A DNA stretch of 64,000 nt from Chrysomallon squamiferum (GCA_012295275.1 CM022665.1:4278001-4342000); one strand, 5' to 3'; counted from the stretch's first letter, positions 1-14,171 are shown. Notes: generated by a model not told the origin, from the sequence alone. Made by a program: numbers and translations.

Positions 1-30
1 TAATAAAAATAATAATAATAATAATAGTAA

Positions 31-74
<44 letters not shown>

Positions 75-140
75 ATAATAATTTATAAAAATAATAATGA
101 TAATGACAATGATAACAACAACAACAACAGCAATAATAAT
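1..140. repeat. (AAT)n/(AGT)n/(AAC)n compound microsatellite
   Basis: Direct reading. Confidence 0.9.
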
Positions 141-1537
141 ATGTAAAATTATAAACAGTTTCAGAGACTTTTTCTACATTAGTAATCATTTTAAGCATAA
201 CCTATGTAATAAAGCCCTTTTATGTATAAAAATAATAACACCCATTTTGATCAAGGATTAAAAGGAACCTAATGATCTTTGCCATTAATGATTTCATAAA
301 GCCTGGTTTCTTTCAAAGTTTTAATATATAAAAAAAACCAACATTTCAATTCATCATTGATTAAAAGAAAACTACAGTCTCAATCCATGACAGATGAACT
401 TCAATTTCCTAAAACCTCCAACAGTATTCTTAAACAAACAGTTCCTTTCCTTCCCCTCTTTATTTATTTATCATTATCACACACAGATAAACAACTTCTG
501 TGTTTCTTTTTAATTAATACCAGGAATTAAACTGATAAAAGAAAAACGACATCTCATCCCCCAAAAAAGAAATATAAATAAAAATAAAATAAAATAAAAC
601 AACCAAAAATAAAAACAAAACAACCTGGAATTAAACTGATGAAAGAAATTTATTTTTGTTTTCCCCCCTAATTACTGGATCACTGCATTAAAAGAGATCA
701 AATTTTAACTTGGAGACAGCAATGAACTGGTTGTCAGAGGTGTCAAATGACAACATTCCCCTCCATTTTAGTGCTCTGAAAAGTAATTACCCTGGCAAAG
801 CTGAGCAAGAATTGGCTGTTGTAGAAGCAGAAAGACAATTATTAACAACAGCTGAGCAATCATTTGTGAAATAATGAAAGCTTTCCGTCACAAATTACAC
901 ACATGTTCTTGGACAAAGTAGGAAAAAAGAAATGTTTAATCACCTGTGTAACTGAGATCTGTGTCATCAGAATTTGAGATACAAAATAAAATATAGAAAT
1001 AAGAAAACGAAAATGAAAAGATTTAGACAGGGTTATGTCATAATCTATACTCAGAACAGCTGCATTTGGCAACATCATTATATTTATTTTGCTAGATTAT
1101 GTTTGAGGTTTCTGTTTTTGGTCACAAACTCATTTTATCTTGAAAGTTTATCGAGAATTTTAGTATTTTCTGAAATCATGGTATTTGCCACCGTGTAGGT
1201 TATCTTTTTATGATGGAAGGTTGATTAGTTATGATCTGAAAAAAGAATCTGAAAGTGGTAATCAAAACACGAATAACTCCAAAAAGCAAAGCCAAAAAAA
1301 AAAAAAAAAATAAAAATAATAATTAAAAAAAAAAAAAAAAATTTTTTTTTTAGTGTAAAAAAAGAAACCCAGAAATTTTATAGTGATATTTTACTAAGGA
1401 AGGAGGAATTTTAAAAACTTTTTGAAAATTTTTGGAAAATTAAAATGAAAAAATAACCATATAGGTTCAGCTTATTTTCTTACTGCAAGGTATCCTTTTC
1501 AGGTTTAGTGATATTCCAGACGTTAGGGAAAAAAAAG

Positions 1538-1572
<35 letters not shown>

Positions 1573-1722
1573 AAAATAGAAAAAAGAAAATTAAACATAA
1601 AAAAAAAAAAAAAGAAAATTAATGAGAAAAAAAGAGATAATCAACACATTTTGATTCTCCTGTTATGTAAAATGTCAGTATAACATTTGAAAATTCTTTC
1701 TGTATTTGTTTCATTATTTCAC

Positions 1723-1726
<4 letters not shown>

Positions 1727-1799
<73 letters not shown>
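1727..1799. repeat. (GA)n microsatellite
   Basis: Direct reading. Confidence 0.95.
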
Positions 1800-1800
<1 letters not shown>

Positions 1801-3309
1801 AGTAAGGGAAAAAAGATGGGTACTGGCACAAGTTTTATTCTTTTTCAGAACAGAAACAGGTTACAGATTCTTTTAAATAGGTGCACTGAATATTGGTTGA
1901 CTACTGGAATAATCAATTTTCACCTAGTTGTTTCTAAATACTTTTTTTTTTTTTTTTTTTTGTGAAATTATTGATCCACACATTGTGAAAACATCATTAT
2001 AACAATGTCATTTTCAGCATTTTAACATGCAATTAAAAACATTTCTTTAATGACTTTGTGAAGTTCATTAAAAGCATAAATCACTTTTCACAGATGTAAA
2101 AAAAATATATATTAGCACAATTTGTATTTTGTTATGCAGCTATTAACCTTTTAATACCTAAATATTCTTGCTACACATAATTCCACAAAAAGTGCTAAAA
2201 TTAAAATAACTGTCCTTAAAAAAATCACAACTTTGTCAGTGGAAATTGTTTTTAACACTTTATAAAAACTGTAATGTGTGAATAATATATAAAAATTTCT
2301 GAAAATTCTTTATTATTTCAGTTTAAACATTTCACCAAGCAAAGTCATATCAAAGCCTTGTGACAGTTTTCAACATATCTGACTTTTGCAGATGCATATA
2401 AATGCAACTTGTCACTAAGCACAAAAACGATCAATTTTTATTACAACAGATAATTTACTGCCTGGTAAAATGTCTCATCTAATGTTCAGCTGTGGAATCA
2501 ACAGTCTATTGTACGTTACTGTATGTAAAGCAACAGCTTCATATTTTGATTCTAGTTGTGTATTGATTTTAAACACAAAAGGTAAAATACTAGAGTTAAA
2601 TTATCTGTATTAACACATTAGGGGCTGCAATTATTTGTTCTGTTATATTAATGTTTCTGTTGGTGAATTTAAAATATCATAATGCTGTTCAATATCAGAT
2701 AAATAAGAACCACAAATCCATGACCAGTCCATGTCAGGAAATATCATTAGACTACAGTTATATATCATAATAAGAAATATAATAAATGTACTATGAAACA
2801 AGTACTTCCAAGAAAACTACAAGAGATAACAAAATTATATGTATGCCTCCCCCTCCAAAAATCCTTTTAAATACTTGTACATAACTACATTATTTTCTTT
2901 TGTTCTCTGTCTTTGTCTCTCTCTTTCTCTCTATTCCTTCTGTAAGTTTCAAATTCATCCAAAAGGTTTTAAATACATTTATGATAAAAAGCAATACATA
3001 TAATCTAAATACAATTTATATACCATTTTATTTGCCACTGGCAACCAGTAACTACTAAAAATAAAGTAACACTATAACATTAATAATTAATGATGATTAA
3101 ATGGATGACTAAGGTATTTAAGAACACTTGGGATAAACAGTTATTTGGTATCAAACATGTTGAATAATAATGACATAAGACAGAAAAATGTTCTGCTGCC
3201 ACTGCATGTGTTACTTTTATCACAACCATTTTGCATTCATCTTCATTCAGACATGAAAGTACAGAGCACAATATTATTCTTTGAAAATCGAACTGTACAG
3301 CACTAGTTA

Positions 3310-3381
3310 GACACTGAACAGGACTGATCCTTAAACCTGCTATACTTCAGATAAGTGATCTAACCACTAAGCTACAGCTTG
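3310..3381 (-). mobile_element. SINE head fragment (tRNA-like part)
   Basis: ggactgatcc...ctaaccactaagctaca, the reverse complement of an A-box/B-box head. Confidence 0.4.
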
Positions 3382-4577
3382 TTTCTATATATTTAGATTC
3401 AAAACTAAATGCAACCTCAGACTGTAACCAACAGACAAAATATTCCTGATGGCAGTCTCCAAAGACTAATACTGCAGAAAATATATATTTACTCTAATCA
3501 AAATTGATCACCAATAACAAAACCAGTAAATCTGTTAGTGATAATCATGAACAGACATGTCTTTATACCAACCAAAAAGGATGGTATGTTATTTTGGTCA
3601 TGTCTGTGAATTCTCACAGATAAAAATGAAAAAAAAAAAAAAAAACAAACAAACAGCAACAACAATAACAAAATTATAATAATTAAGAAAGAAGATAAGA
3701 ACATTATTTTCCTTTGGCATGTTCCTCAGATCAAACAGATACAAAAGAAAAAATATATAAAAAAGAATATACAAAATAATGCATTTTTGTCAATATCACT
3801 TCTATTAAGATCATATCTATAACTTCTGATAAATAATATATAAATTAATTTTAAAAAGTAGCTACAAATCAAAGGACATTCATCAGTATGTTTGACAAAT
3901 GAAATACAAAAAGAATGTACAAGGTCTGACACTGTAATAGTAAGCTAGACATAGATAATGGAAGAAAGGTTTATACGATCAGACTATCATTTGATGTGTC
4001 CAAGCTATACTAATCTATGTGTAGCATTGCTCTGCAACAGCAGTTGGTTCTGAGGTCACCACACCATAAACCCATCAGACTCTGGCTTGATTAATGAGAA
4101 GATGCTCTGGGGCAGTGTTTAGACATCATGCAGATGAAAGAACAGTACAGTATGGCATCATATCTTTGTCAGACAGTCAAGTTACAGAGATCAAGTAAGA
4201 TCTCTGAAGTCTGGCTGTTTGAGCAATAACGACTGTATCAGTGAATAATAAGGTGATTAATAAAGAGAGATAAAGAAGAGAAAAAGAGATAAGATTTATT
4301 GGATTCAAACAAAAGTTGACAGCATTTTTTTTAACTGATTTTCAAAGACATTATTTAAATATTTTTACGTAGAATTATTCAACCTCATTTTGTTCCACTA
4401 ACTTTTGCCATCTTTGCAGAAGCTTTATGAATCCATCCTCCAGGAACTTGGAATGTTTCTGGGTATTGAACTGGTCTAAACACTACAAACTTTTGTTCCA
4501 ACCCATTGTATTTAAAATAATAATAATATGTAATACCATGTACAAATATATATCCAGTGCTTTATAATAAATAACAA

Positions 4578-4800
4578 AAGGAATTGTTTTATTTAATGAA
4601 GAACTGAAAAGATTTTTACTTGATTGTTACCTGATATATAACAATAAGAGAGGAAATTGTTTGCTGCCATGTCATGGACTAATCTTACTGATTAGTACCA
4701 AGTGATCTTTTATATGTACCTTCTCACAGATAGGAAAACACATGTCACAATCTCTAATCAACCATTAATTATGGAATGACTGCACAAATGAGAATTGATT
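4578..4800 (-). mobile_element. Degenerate SINE fragment (3' part)
   Basis: tgttttatttaatga...gagaggaaattg..gctgcca...gattagtaccaagtgatctttttatatgtaccttctcacagatagga matches the blocks in the 56316 copy. Confidence 0.55.
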
Positions 4801-7019
4801 ATATAGCCTAATAAACCATTGTCTGTATTTATGAAAAGAAGTAATTAAGGTATATATATTAAATAAATAGAAAATAAAGAAAAAACTTGTATGTGTAATT
4901 ACCAAACTATATTGATTATTATTTTGAGGACAGAGAAAACTGTATGTGTGTAAAACCTATATTCTCTGCAGTGCACATTTTGAATCAATGTGTTCCATAG
5001 CTGTATTGACCATATGATATGTAACAGTATCTAGTTGCAGGTTTACATGATACAAAATATTGATAATTACTTATGTTCTTAGAGATAATGTATTTCATGT
5101 GAATATAATTATCAATATTTTCTAATTATTAAAAAAACATGATCAATAAATTTGAAATTAACTGCAACTTAGCATAATAAAGAAAAAAAAAAGAAGAAAA
5201 AAATGTATCAAATATTTTAGTAACTGTCATGTAAACAAAATTATGTTTATTATAAGAACCAAATGAACTACATCTATTCAATTCATGACAATCTTATAAA
5301 AAATGATAATTTCAAACCACACCTATAGCTACTACTAAGAATTGTTGAAAGTTAAGTAAATCACACAGACTACAGTGTTCTAGCATACTGTATGCCTCCA
5401 TAAGAATACAATTTGCTGTATAGTAATTTTGGATTAACAGTTTCAAATTACAGTTGGTCAAAATAGAAGATGCCAAAGTCATGTAATATTAGTTTTCAAG
5501 CATGAATGATCAATACGGTGTGTTTACTGTAAAATAAATACTAGTAAATAGATTAATAAAAAGTGAAATCAGCACTGTCTTTACTTAAAACATTAATGTG
5601 CAAAAAAATAAAATAAAAAAAAAAAAAAATTAAAAAAAAATTAAAAAAAAAAATAAAGAAAATAGAAAATAAAGAAAAAACAGAGACAAAAAAAGCAACA
5701 ACCATATAAGCAGTATATATTTTGAATAAAAAGAAGAAGAAAAAAAAGAGTATGTGTGAGAAAGATAACCTGTGTTAACCACCTCTTGAGGTCTGTGATT
5801 GCAGTGAAAGAAATTGATCTTTGGATCACTTGCAATACATCATGCTCTTGAAAAATAGATGTTCTCCCTTGAAAAGAACTCTTTTCTCCAATCGATAATC
5901 ACAAACTTAAACTTTAAACATGTTTGACAGAACAAACCATTTGTAATATCGAGATGGTTTAAATGAAGTCTGGACAGGAAGAAAAGAAGACAAAAACAAC
6001 ATGACAAGAAGGAAAAAAAATTAAAAACAAAAATAACAAAAAAGGATTCCAACATTACTGTATTTATAGCCAAATCATTTGCCTTTCCAGAATCCCTAAA
6101 AAACTTGTAGCTATATTTTTGTTAGACTGAAGATAGATTTGGTTATCAGTCATTTAGTATGTATCATGAAGTTTAAAACTGTATTAATAACATTATTTTA
6201 GATATAGGAATAGAGTGGTTTGATAATTGGCTTCAAGGTGACAGAAGCCACCCAGAACTAATTTGTGAGTTGTCAGACTCATTTTTCTAACCAGTCACAT
6301 AACTCTAAAATATCAGTGATTTGAATGTAGAATGCTTCATAGTAACTTAACAAAATAACCATCTAAAAACATAAATAAACTCAACAAATGAGAATGCAAT
6401 TTTTTATTTTTTATTCAGAATTTCATTATCTAGGTGTGGTATCTTTAGAAATATATATTTTTTCTAATATTTTTATACAACTAAATCATTCATTTAATAG
6501 TTTTTTTTTATGCTGATTTCAATTTATTAAGCTTAAAGAAGCTTAAAATCCACAAAAATCAAAATGACTTACACTAGCCAGCAGCCATTATTCTCAAAAC
6601 ATTTAGTAACAATTACTTTCAGTAACTTTGTCCAGTGGGGAATTGTCTGTTTACCGAGAAATAGCTAGAAACATTTTTTTCCCATGAAATAATGAAGTTG
6701 ACATTTATGAAAACATCTACACAGGTTAATATACTTTAGCTGAATAAAATGGTTAAAATTAATCATGCCCAGTATAAGACTGTCTGAAAATTCCATAAAG
6801 TTTCGTTAACAGCCCCAAAATCTGACTCAGATCAGTGCTTGAGTCTGTGACCATTAACAGCCAGTTTGTATGCTACCAGCAAATACAAGATAAAAGTGAA
6901 AAGTCACATCAAGCCATTATAAAACTCTCAGCAATGAAGCAAAGTGGACAAGGATAATTTTAATTAGATTTAGACATTTGTGCTCAACTTCAAAGTTAAC
7001 CATACTCACTTAATTAATG

Positions 7020-7050
<31 letters not shown>

Positions 7051-7664
7051 CAAAAAGTATTTGGGGTCAAAGCTGATAAAGCATATATCACTAATATCCA
7101 TCTTGACTTCCATGAACAAATAACACTAAAAAAACTGGAGAGAAAAAAAGGAAAATGGAGTCAGAAGTGTGCCTGAGGCCAAGTGAAGCTCACAATAATC
7201 AGATTGGTTAAATGTACAGAAAATTGCCTGACTCTGGCCATGTTGCGTGGCTGCCTCAGTCATGCTGCTTGAATGCCCCTGATTGTTAATCACAAGAGAA
7301 AAGGCACAAGTGATGGGATGTTAGAAGATTGGATGCATGGATTCAGTTACTCCATGCTTTAGGGTCGGCTGGTGGTAAATTTAATAACACCAAGTTTGTG
7401 TTGATTTTCCTCCGTATCATGTCATTAAATGTATTTCAAGTGCATCTGAACCTTACACATGTATGAGCTGAATAAATAAATGAATACATAAATGAATAAA
7501 TAAATAAATAAATAAATAAATAAATATATGAACAAATATTTATTTAAAACTCTATATATTTAATAATTAATGTTTTTGTTTTGCATTATGATGATGTCTG
7601 AAAGGTAGTCTGATAGATTCACCTAAAAATACTTTTTATATGAGGTATTATTCTGATAATTCAC

Positions 7665-7842
7665 AAAAAAAAAAAAAATAAAAATAAAAATAAAAATAAA
7701 ATAAAATAAAATAAAACAAATAAACAAACAAATGAACAAACAAACAAACAAACAAACAAACAAACAAGTGAACAAATAAATGAATGAATAAACAAACAAA
7801 TGACTAAATATATAAATAAATAATAATAATAATAATAATAAA
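7665..7842. repeat. Compound (AAAAT)n/(AAAC)n/(AAT)n microsatellite
   Basis: Direct reading. Confidence 0.9.
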
Positions 7843-9139
7843 TTGTAACTCTCTGGGTCTCTTGTGTCCACTTTGGTAAACAGATCCATTTGTTCATCAC
7901 ATTTGTGAGAAATTCTCTAACCAACAAGCTACATGCTACTCCTTATATTTCAAGGTTTGAATTTTGAAACACAGCGTATAATCACTTGATGAATAATTCA
8001 AAAATTGTTTGGATAATGGGTATAGATTTATAAAACTTTAATTCTCTCAGTGTTGTTGTTATGCAAATCATGATACCAGAAGAAAAAGAAATCTGGAAGA
8101 GCTTTTTCAAAATAAATAATGATAGAAACTAATTTAAAGTAATTTGAACAGACAGTGAAATGTTGTGATTAAAAATATGACTTGATAATAACAAGAATAA
8201 CAAAAATTAAATAAAAAAGAATTCAGTTTAAGAAATATACATAATATTAATAATAATAATAAAGGTACAAAATTTGAACAAAAATTTAAAATATTTATAA
8301 ACTGTAATATATTCTTTTTTTTAATTCAAAGTAGTCATAAAATTTAAAATATTTTTTATTTTTCTATTTTTTTAAATTTATGTATTTTTTTAAAGTTCTA
8401 AAAATTTGTTTTCATAAGAAAGATAACCATTTCAAAGAAATGCAAATTCAGAAATTGCTACAAGAACAAATCAACAATATTGGTAAATCCCACAGCAGCA
8501 ACATCAAGTACAATGAACTAGGAAAATCATTACACAAGAAGTGTTCAGGGAGAAAATAAGACAGCTTGAAAGCCAGATAGAGGAACAGACAGACAGACAA
8601 ATAAATGAGCAAACAGCAGCTCTAATTCATAAATTATCATATTTTGTATCATTATCAAAAGGAAAAGATATTTAAATATACATCTGCTTCAAACTGACAA
8701 TTCTTCATAAAGGTTTTGTTCTCAACTGAACAGATCTGCATAACATTTAATGCTCTAATCTGGAAATTTACAATTAATCATATCCTATATTCTATTTTCT
8801 TGTAATTTATATTTAACTAGAAAATAACAGTTTATTGTAACAATGTTTTTACATATAAAAAAGAGATTTAATATTATGAAATTATATATTTTAGCCAATA
8901 TAAGAATAGAAAAAAAGAAACTTAACTTTATATTAGCTATTAATAATTATAACCCACATTATCAAGAGAGAAAAAAACAACAAAAAAACTGCCAAACAAT
9001 CAAAAAAACCCCACCCCAAACAACAATAAAAGACAAAACAAAAACATAAATAAAATAAAAATAAGCTCCAAAACACAAAACACTACCCCCCTCAGCTCAT
9101 CTTGAAATACCCGACAATAACAACAATAAGAAAATATAT

Positions 9140-9500
9140 ATATATCTAATGCTATGCAATATGATACATTATTTATTATAGTTTCTAATACTGTTTAATA
9201 CATTTTTTAATACATCTAGCCCTCTGTAATACAATACATTATTTAATATATTTAACCCTAGGTAATACAATATTTAATACCACATATAATTTTCTGTAAT
9301 AAGATACATTATTTAATACAATATCAAACAGCATGCAATACACAATATATCATTTAACATAATATCTAACCCAGCGCAATACATTACTTAATATAACATC
9401 TAGCCCTATATAATACAGTATGTTATTTAATATATTTAACAATATATAATAATATGCATTATCTAATAATACATCATATATTAAATATATCATTTTTAAT
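9140..9500. repeat. Degenerate AT-rich minisatellite (about 40-bp unit)
   Basis: Recurrent aatacattatttaata(y)a...tctaaccc/tctagccc. Confidence 0.6.
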
Positions 9501-9530
9501 ATATCTGTAGAGAAAAGTTATTATACCCAC

Positions 9531-9571
9531 CGGGGTAAGACACATCTACACATGTTAAAACATCCAGCCAT
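9531..9571 (-). CDS. Candidate alternative first exon with a Cys-rich N-terminus: MAGCFNMCRCVLP(R)
   Basis: ATG GCT GGA TGT TTT AAC ATG TGT AGA TGT GTC TTA CCC CG|GTGGGT: 13 codons + 2 nt, good phase-2 donor, three Cys in the first 10 residues. Confidence 0.55.
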
Positions 9572-9714
9572 AGAGATTGGTTTCTGCTGTCTACCAAGTC
9601 AGTGCAGCACAGATATATTGCATAATTAAACACAATTCTCAACAAATTATGAATCGCTGTCCCATTCCCAGCCAAATGGCTTACAAGCAGACAACATGAC
9701 AAGTAGTTATTTTG

Positions 9715-9747
<33 letters not shown>

Positions 9748-10123
9748 GTAAAATAGAAATCAATAAAAATCTTTTGAATATTCAATTAGTGCATCCCCAA
9801 TTCTCTAGGTAGTTTCTACATGTTTGGCTAATATTCTGTGCTTTAAAACAATGAAACATTTTTAGTGGAAATTTTTTAATACCTATAAGGTTGATGCTGA
9901 TTGAGAAGTCACGACATAAATGAAATCCGATTCTGCACAGAGTAATAATAAAATTGTTCAAAGGCTCCACAGAACCTTATGGACTGCATGGTGAAAGTAT
10001 GAAAGTTCCAGTTGAATGATTTACTCAAGTTACTGTTCTGTGAAAAAAAGGATTTAATGGTTTGATGAATGTTATGAAACTAATGTTTACTTAATATTGA
10101 TTTAGTATTCAAGATTTATAAGA

Positions 10124-10147
10124 TGTGTGTGTGTGTGTGTGTGTGTG

Positions 10148-10186
<39 letters not shown>
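10124..10186. repeat. (GT)n microsatellite
   Basis: Direct reading. Confidence 0.95.
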
Positions 10187-10187
<1 letters not shown>

Positions 10188-10827
10188 TTACATTTGTTTG
10201 TAGAGAGAAGAGAAAAATAGAAGGAACAGAAAAACAAGACAGAGAAAAATTACTGACAAAGACTGAAACAAAGAAGAAAGGCAGAGAGAGAAAGAGTATA
10301 TATATACATATATATCAGACAGCAGAATAATAAAACACCTGATAATAATAATAATAAAAAAAATTAATTGAAAGGATGACTGTATGTTTTAAACAACACA
10401 ACCTATACAAGTCCAAAATATCAGAAAGTAAAATTGTTTTTGATAAGAAAGCAAAATAACATCTACAATTTTAACAAGAATATTTTAAAAAGGTGAATAT
10501 TAAATTTTAGTGAAGACTACAATTTGGACATAATTTTAAAATATTTTAGTAAATTAGGAATAGATGTGATATGATGTTTTTGTAACAGGTGTGTTCGTGT
10601 CTATTGACATTGATTTTCTCTCTAGTAACTTCTTAATCTATACATAAACAACATATGTTACCAGTCACGTATCAGTTTTTAAGTAGTTAATACTTGTATT
10701 ACACAAAGTAGTGCTATGTTGGAACAGATATTTAAATTATCAAAATATATAACAGATATATATGTGTTCTCTGAAAAAACAGGATATATATAAAAGAAGG
10801 TATAAAGAAATGAATGCAATATGAATA

Positions 10828-10834
<7 letters not shown>

Positions 10835-10909
<75 letters not shown>
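10835..10909. repeat. (TA)n(GA)n compound microsatellite
   Basis: Direct reading. Confidence 0.95.
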
Positions 10910-10911
<2 letters not shown>

Positions 10912-11399
10912 AATAAAGAAACAATTTATTAATATATAAATTTAAAAAAAATAATCATGAAAATAAATGAATGATTAAATAAATTTAAAAAAAAACAATG
11001 AATAAAAACAATATAAATAATAATAATAATAAAAAATAATGAACAAATAAACAAATGAATAAAAAAAAATGTAATATATATCCATTTATGTTTTCTACAT
11101 TAAATTTTGATGATCAAAGTCTTACAAAAATAGCTTCTAAGATTCTATAGATACTAAAAATATTAATTCCACTTACTGATTTACATTAAGTATTAATTAA
11201 ATTGAGTTAACATAACCGCAAAACATTATGCATGCTTCATTTAATTTTAATTATAACATTTTTTTTATAAATAAGGAAAAAATAAAATAAAATAAAAACA
11301 AGCTGATATATATATCTGAAAGAAAGGTGTACTGTGAAAATACTGCTGATAAATTTATATTTAAATCAAATGAAAAGAGAACTTAAAACCAATTGTTAT

Positions 11400-11740
11400 T
11401 GTTCTATGCTTAATTAAACAAAATAAACATTCACGAAAGAAAAAAAATGTTCATGTTTGCTTATCACATGCAAACATTCTGTCTTGTCTGAGTAATCAGA
11501 AACCTGATAATCTCTTTATTATTAGTTAAAACTGAAAAGCAATCATTATACCGTACAGGGCTTAATTTAACAAAATAAACGTTTATATGAAAGAAATGCT
11601 CATGCATGCCTATCATGAGCTTAACTTTCTGAATGTTTCATTAATAACATACCTGACAGTCTATCTATTATTTGTTAAAAGTGAAAAGCAATCATTATAA
11701 AGGCTCTCTGTGCATGATTAAGTGAAATAAACATTTATGT
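11400..11740. repeat. Diverged tandem duplication (about 150-bp unit, just over 2 copies)
   Basis: gaaaagcaatcattata at about 11534 and 11683; gcttaatt.aacaaaataaac is also repeated. Confidence 0.65.
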
Positions 11741-13231
11741 TTCATACCAGACACAATAATACAGTGCAGGAAATGTTAAAAGATAATAGAGTACGCAGTA
11801 AAACAATTATGGTCACATGGTTTTGATCAATATTTTGTTTGTGGAACTTGTAAATGGTAATGGCTGCTACAATCACTAGAATATTGATACAAATTTTTTT
11901 TTTCTTAGATAAAATAATGATTATTTTTGTCAAAAACCCAATTCTGTACAAGACAGAATTATTAGTTAAAAGTTACTGTATGTTTGTCAAAGAGATTTAA
12001 GTGAAAGATGAAGGGTAAATATTGGTTGTTGTTGTTGTTGATACTGATAATAATAAGTGTTGGGAATAAATATTGAAGAAGATGATGATAAATAATAATA
12101 GTTAATAAATGATAATTGAAAATAACAGTAGTAGTAATAATAGTGTTAGTAGTAGTATTTTCAATAGTATTAATACTAATGTTAATACAATGGTAGCAGT
12201 AGTAGTAATAACAGTAACAGCATAAGTAGCAGTAGTAGTAGTAAAAACAGCAGAGCAGCAGTAGTAGTAAATAACATATAATTTAAAAAAAAAAAATTAT
12301 ACCAATTAACCTCATGATCATCTAACATTAGTTATTTAGGCAGATACAAAACAATCAATCTGAATTTATTTAATGATAAATTATGTTTGTTAAATTTTAA
12401 ACCACTGACATTTGTTTTCAAAACAGTATTATTTGTGATTTTCCCACACGAACTGCATACAATAACATTGCATGCACTGCCCATGCAAGCACTGACTTAA
12501 ACCTAACACATAATTATCATGCAAATAATAATGTATATGCCAGTCGATAACAGAAATAATATCCATCACATCATGACCTTTGTAAATCATTAAATCTATG
12601 CAATTTGCTTCAAGTGCCTTAATATGACAAGACCAAACCAACAATCCATTAGCAATCTTCAGTACAATGACCTTAATTAGTTACCCTGCATCTACAACAA
12701 TGTGAAAATAATGATGGAAAACATGTATTTGATCAAATGAACAATACCAATATTGTTTTACGGTTATGAATAAACAGACTTTGCTCTCTGTTACAGTTAA
12801 GATGATGTTTTATGTATGATGCACGACCCTGATGTGGATCTTATAACTGACTTTAATAATAATCACTGTATAGCTGCAGTAACAGTAATGATGAATGATT
12901 TATTTATTTATTTTTTTTGTTTTTTTTCGTTTGAGCTTTACTAATAATGGCAATAATAATAAATAATAATTATTATGTATTTGCAGTAACAGCAATAATG
13001 AATGTTGTTTGTTTATTTTTATTTAGTTTTTAGCTTTGTTTGTAACAACATCAATTATACATATATTGTGCCTCTGAATAACATAAATAATATATAGTTA
13101 ATAGTAGTGATAATAACAATAATTTTATTGTAGTCCAGGAACAATGGTTATTTTGTAGGTTCAGTACCAAAAACAAGAAATATTTTGTGATTTCATTTGT
13201 AACAGCAAATATTTTTAGGTTTGGGTAATAA

Positions 13232-13267
<36 letters not shown>

Positions 13268-13649
13268 AATTAAGAATAATTAATTTGTAATTTCAATAAT
13301 AATAATAATAACAATAACAATAACACTACTACTTCTAATAATAAAATTATAAGCTTATACAGGAAAACAGCTGTTTTGCAAGGTTACAATTTATTTATGT
13401 ATTTTATATATTTTAGGAAATACCATGTAATCCATTCAAAACATGAGAAAAATGTTCAGGTTTCAAAGAACAGGATTATCAAAACTGAATTAAATATTTA
13501 AAACTAAATCTAAATTTACTTGAATGACATTTAAAAATAATTCTCTCAGCATTTAATTCAGTCATAAAACATTAACTGTAAAATCGTTTGAATTACCTAA
13601 GTAAACTTCGAGCATAAAGACTAAAAGAAGTTGATGTGAATGTAACAAT

Positions 13650-14171
13650 TGACACCACATAAATAACCCCCACTGCATTAACTACTGATACCACATAAAT
13701 AACCAATACCAAATAAATAACCAATACCACATTAACAGCCAACACCACATAAATAACCAATACCACAGACAACCAGTACTACATAAACAACCCATTAAAG
13801 TCCCAACTACTGAACCAGAACAAAATAAAACATCCAACTCTTATATCAGTTCCTCCAGAATAAAATATAGATCAAACCTGAACTCCTAATACAATCATCA
13901 ATTTAATATAATACATTAAAAGCAAGACTAAATTAAAAAAAAAGAAAAAGCAATACAACCTGGTGACACCATAAACAACTCACTGAAGTCCTATCTACTG
14001 AACCAGAACAAAATAAAGCATACAACTCTGATATAATTACTCAGAGACAAAAATAGAAATCAAACCCTAACATGTAACAATGTAATTAATCTAGTATAAT
14101 ACATTGAAATAGAAGAAAAAAAAAGTGTCTTTTAAAAAAAAATAATATAGAAATACTAATACAACCTGGTG
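13650..14171. repeat. 18-bp minisatellite (accacataaataaccaat) followed by a tandem duplication of about 190 bp
   Basis: Minisatellite units at 13650-13790. Copies at 13783-13965 and 13971-14171 share ctactgaaccagaacaaaataaa and aatacaacctggtg. Confidence 0.7.

Noticed and set aside
7228-7241. aacATG GCC AGA GTC AG|GCAATT as a further phase-2 first exon
   Set aside because: It needs a GC donor with a poor consensus; functional GC donors normally match the rest of the consensus closely.
11647-11700. Strong donor CAG|GTATGT at 11652
   Set aside because: It lies inside a tandem duplication, with no open ATG frame or acceptor upstream.
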